Of a DNA stretch of 64,000 nucleotides, positions 62,898 to 64,000 are shown piece by piece; the stretch's first letter is position 1, and every line of letters begins with the position of its first letter. Under the pieces are notes generated by a model, which made no database searches, had not been told where the DNA came from, and was given only the letters and a program-made list of their open reading frames with translations. The position numbers and the translations under genes were made by a program. Source of the stretch: a virus; IMG/VR virus record IMGVR_UViG_3300042547_000432; one strand, 5' to 3'.

Positions 62898-63069
62898 CTT
62901 CCTGACATTTTGCTATGAATTCTTCTAATGCTTTGGTAAAATACTCCTGTAGTTCTTCCTGAGTCATTTCATTAAAAATAGCATACTTTGGGTCATTTGG
63001 ATCCCATTCAATAGCAAGGGTGCCGTCATCATTCTCACTGACTTTTAGAGAATCTTCAGTATACGTCAT
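62872..63069 (-). CDS. Hypothetical protein
   Basis: ENDDGTLAIEWDPNDPKY motif, cyanophage type. Confidence 0.5.
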   Translation of the reverse strand: MTYTEDSLKVSENDDGTLAIEWDPNDPKYAIFNEMTQEELQEYFTKALEEFIAKCQEDESNNTGS

Positions 63070-63238
63070 TTGGTCTCTCCCAATCTTTTAGTGACATGGT
63101 ATAATTAATCAACGCATCAATTTGTGCCTGAAGACGATTCTCCAGTTCATACAATGCGTTGGTGGTTTCAATGTTTTCTTGTTCCAAAATTCTAACCTTG
63201 TCTTCAAGAAATGTCAAGCGTTCTTTGTCTGTCATCAT
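63056..63238 (-). CDS. Coiled-coil hypothetical protein
   Basis: Likely start MMTDKERL at 63238. Confidence 0.5.
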   Translation of the reverse strand: MMTDKERLTFLEDKVRILEQENIETTNALYELENRLQAQIDALINYTMSLKDWERPNDVY

Positions 63239-63444
63239 TCTTCCATCGGGTGACCTTTGCGCCAAATAGTTGTGTCGGGGGGTTCGCACTTTGCGTCCCA
63301 GGAACGAACCAAAAGTTCGGTGAAAAGTTCCATCTTATCGGGGTGAACAGCAGCAGGATTTTGATTGATTTGCTTTTTCAAAGCTACCAACTCTTTCCAT
63401 TCCTCTTGAGTTAGATCAGAATTGGTAGAATTTGAATAGGACAT
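63235..63444 (-). CDS. Conserved cyanophage hypothetical protein
   Basis: LTQEEWKELVALKKQIN.NPAAVHPDKMELFTELLVRS. Confidence 0.6.
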   Translation of the reverse strand: MSYSNSTNSDLTQEEWKELVALKKQINQNPAAVHPDKMELFTELLVRSWDAKCEPPDTTIWRKGHPMEE

Positions 63445-63695
63445 GGACTCATTGCGATTTACTACACTAATTTATCAGCAAATCCACACAAATGGGGATT
63501 TCTTAATATTCTCTTTTTCTTTATGTAACAAAAAGTTACAATTATATAATTCCCATGTATTTGAGATATCTACGATATGCGTGATATCTACCTAATTTAG
63601 GTTGATCCTTAACTCCCAACTGATGACAAATCTCACAATACATCAAAAACTCATACCATGGCGTAGTTGGGTCTAGCTCATGGTATGGGTAATCT

Positions 63696-63932
63696 TTAGA
63701 GTTTTCCACCTACTGTTCCCTCGTATGTTGTGGTAGCAGACCAGCCTTCTTGGCATCCTTTAAGGTAAAATCTGGTTGCTGTAATACAAGAGTCTCGCTG
63801 TAGTGAGGTGATGAGTTCTTTACCATCTTTGGCAAAACTCCTATAAGTTTTCCAGCGAGTTTCTTCAACACGGAATGTATCATCAATCCAATCGTGCTCA
63901 GCTATTTCTGGGTGCTCGTTTGGGTGGTTCAT
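63696..63932 (-). CDS. Conserved cyanophage hypothetical protein
   Basis: WIDD.FRVE..RW....S..KDG..LIT.L....C..ATRFYLKG.QEGW....Y.G.VGGKL. Confidence 0.65.
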   Translation of the reverse strand: MNHPNEHPEIAEHDWIDDTFRVEETRWKTYRSFAKDGKELITSLQRDSCITATRFYLKGCQEGWSATTTYEGTVGGKL

Positions 63933-64000
63933 TCAAATTCTCCAGTGCGATTTTTGATTGTTCCTGTGTGATATACGCCCTCAATTCGGGTGTTTCCAAC

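Noticed and set aside
1-64000. tRNA/rRNA genes and photosynthesis AMGs
   Set aside because: No cloverleaf with T-loop GTTCRA/CCA context and no psbA/hli-type ORFs were recognised by eye; tRNAscan-SE would be the proper test.

Overview
This window is part of the genome of a T4-like myovirus, very probably a cyanophage (Kyanoviridae-like). That host assignment rests on protein family resemblance; no photosynthesis genes lie in the window. From 1 to about 48 kb it is the virion morphogenesis region. On the minus strand it runs PAAR, gp25, gp6, a giant gp7, gp8, a VrlC/DUF4815-like protein, several giant fibre/structural genes and then gp13. T4 late promoters (TATAAATA) punctuate this region, and one three-gene fibre module is inverted onto the plus strand. 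From about 48.9 to 64 kb it is an early/accessory region of small minus-strand ORFs, many with their own sigma70-type promoter. This part holds the most interesting signals. (1) A roughly 3 kb GC-rich island is built from repeated promoter-leader cassettes; all 9 of its promoters carry a 22-23 bp box 29-32 nt upstream of the -10. (2) A second palindromic box (ATAAGC-N3-GCTTAT) sits at the equivalent position in 6 other promoters. (3) An origin-like 1.6 kb segment holds six perfect cyanobacterial-type DnaA boxes (TTTTCCACA) in three inverted pairs plus two long hairpin/iteron arrays. (4) There is a putative complete type II restriction-modification pair, an ArdA-like antirestriction gene and an orphan HicA-like toxin. 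All product calls come from motif recognition by eye, and coordinates were hand-counted. I found no tRNA, rRNA or CRISPR array.
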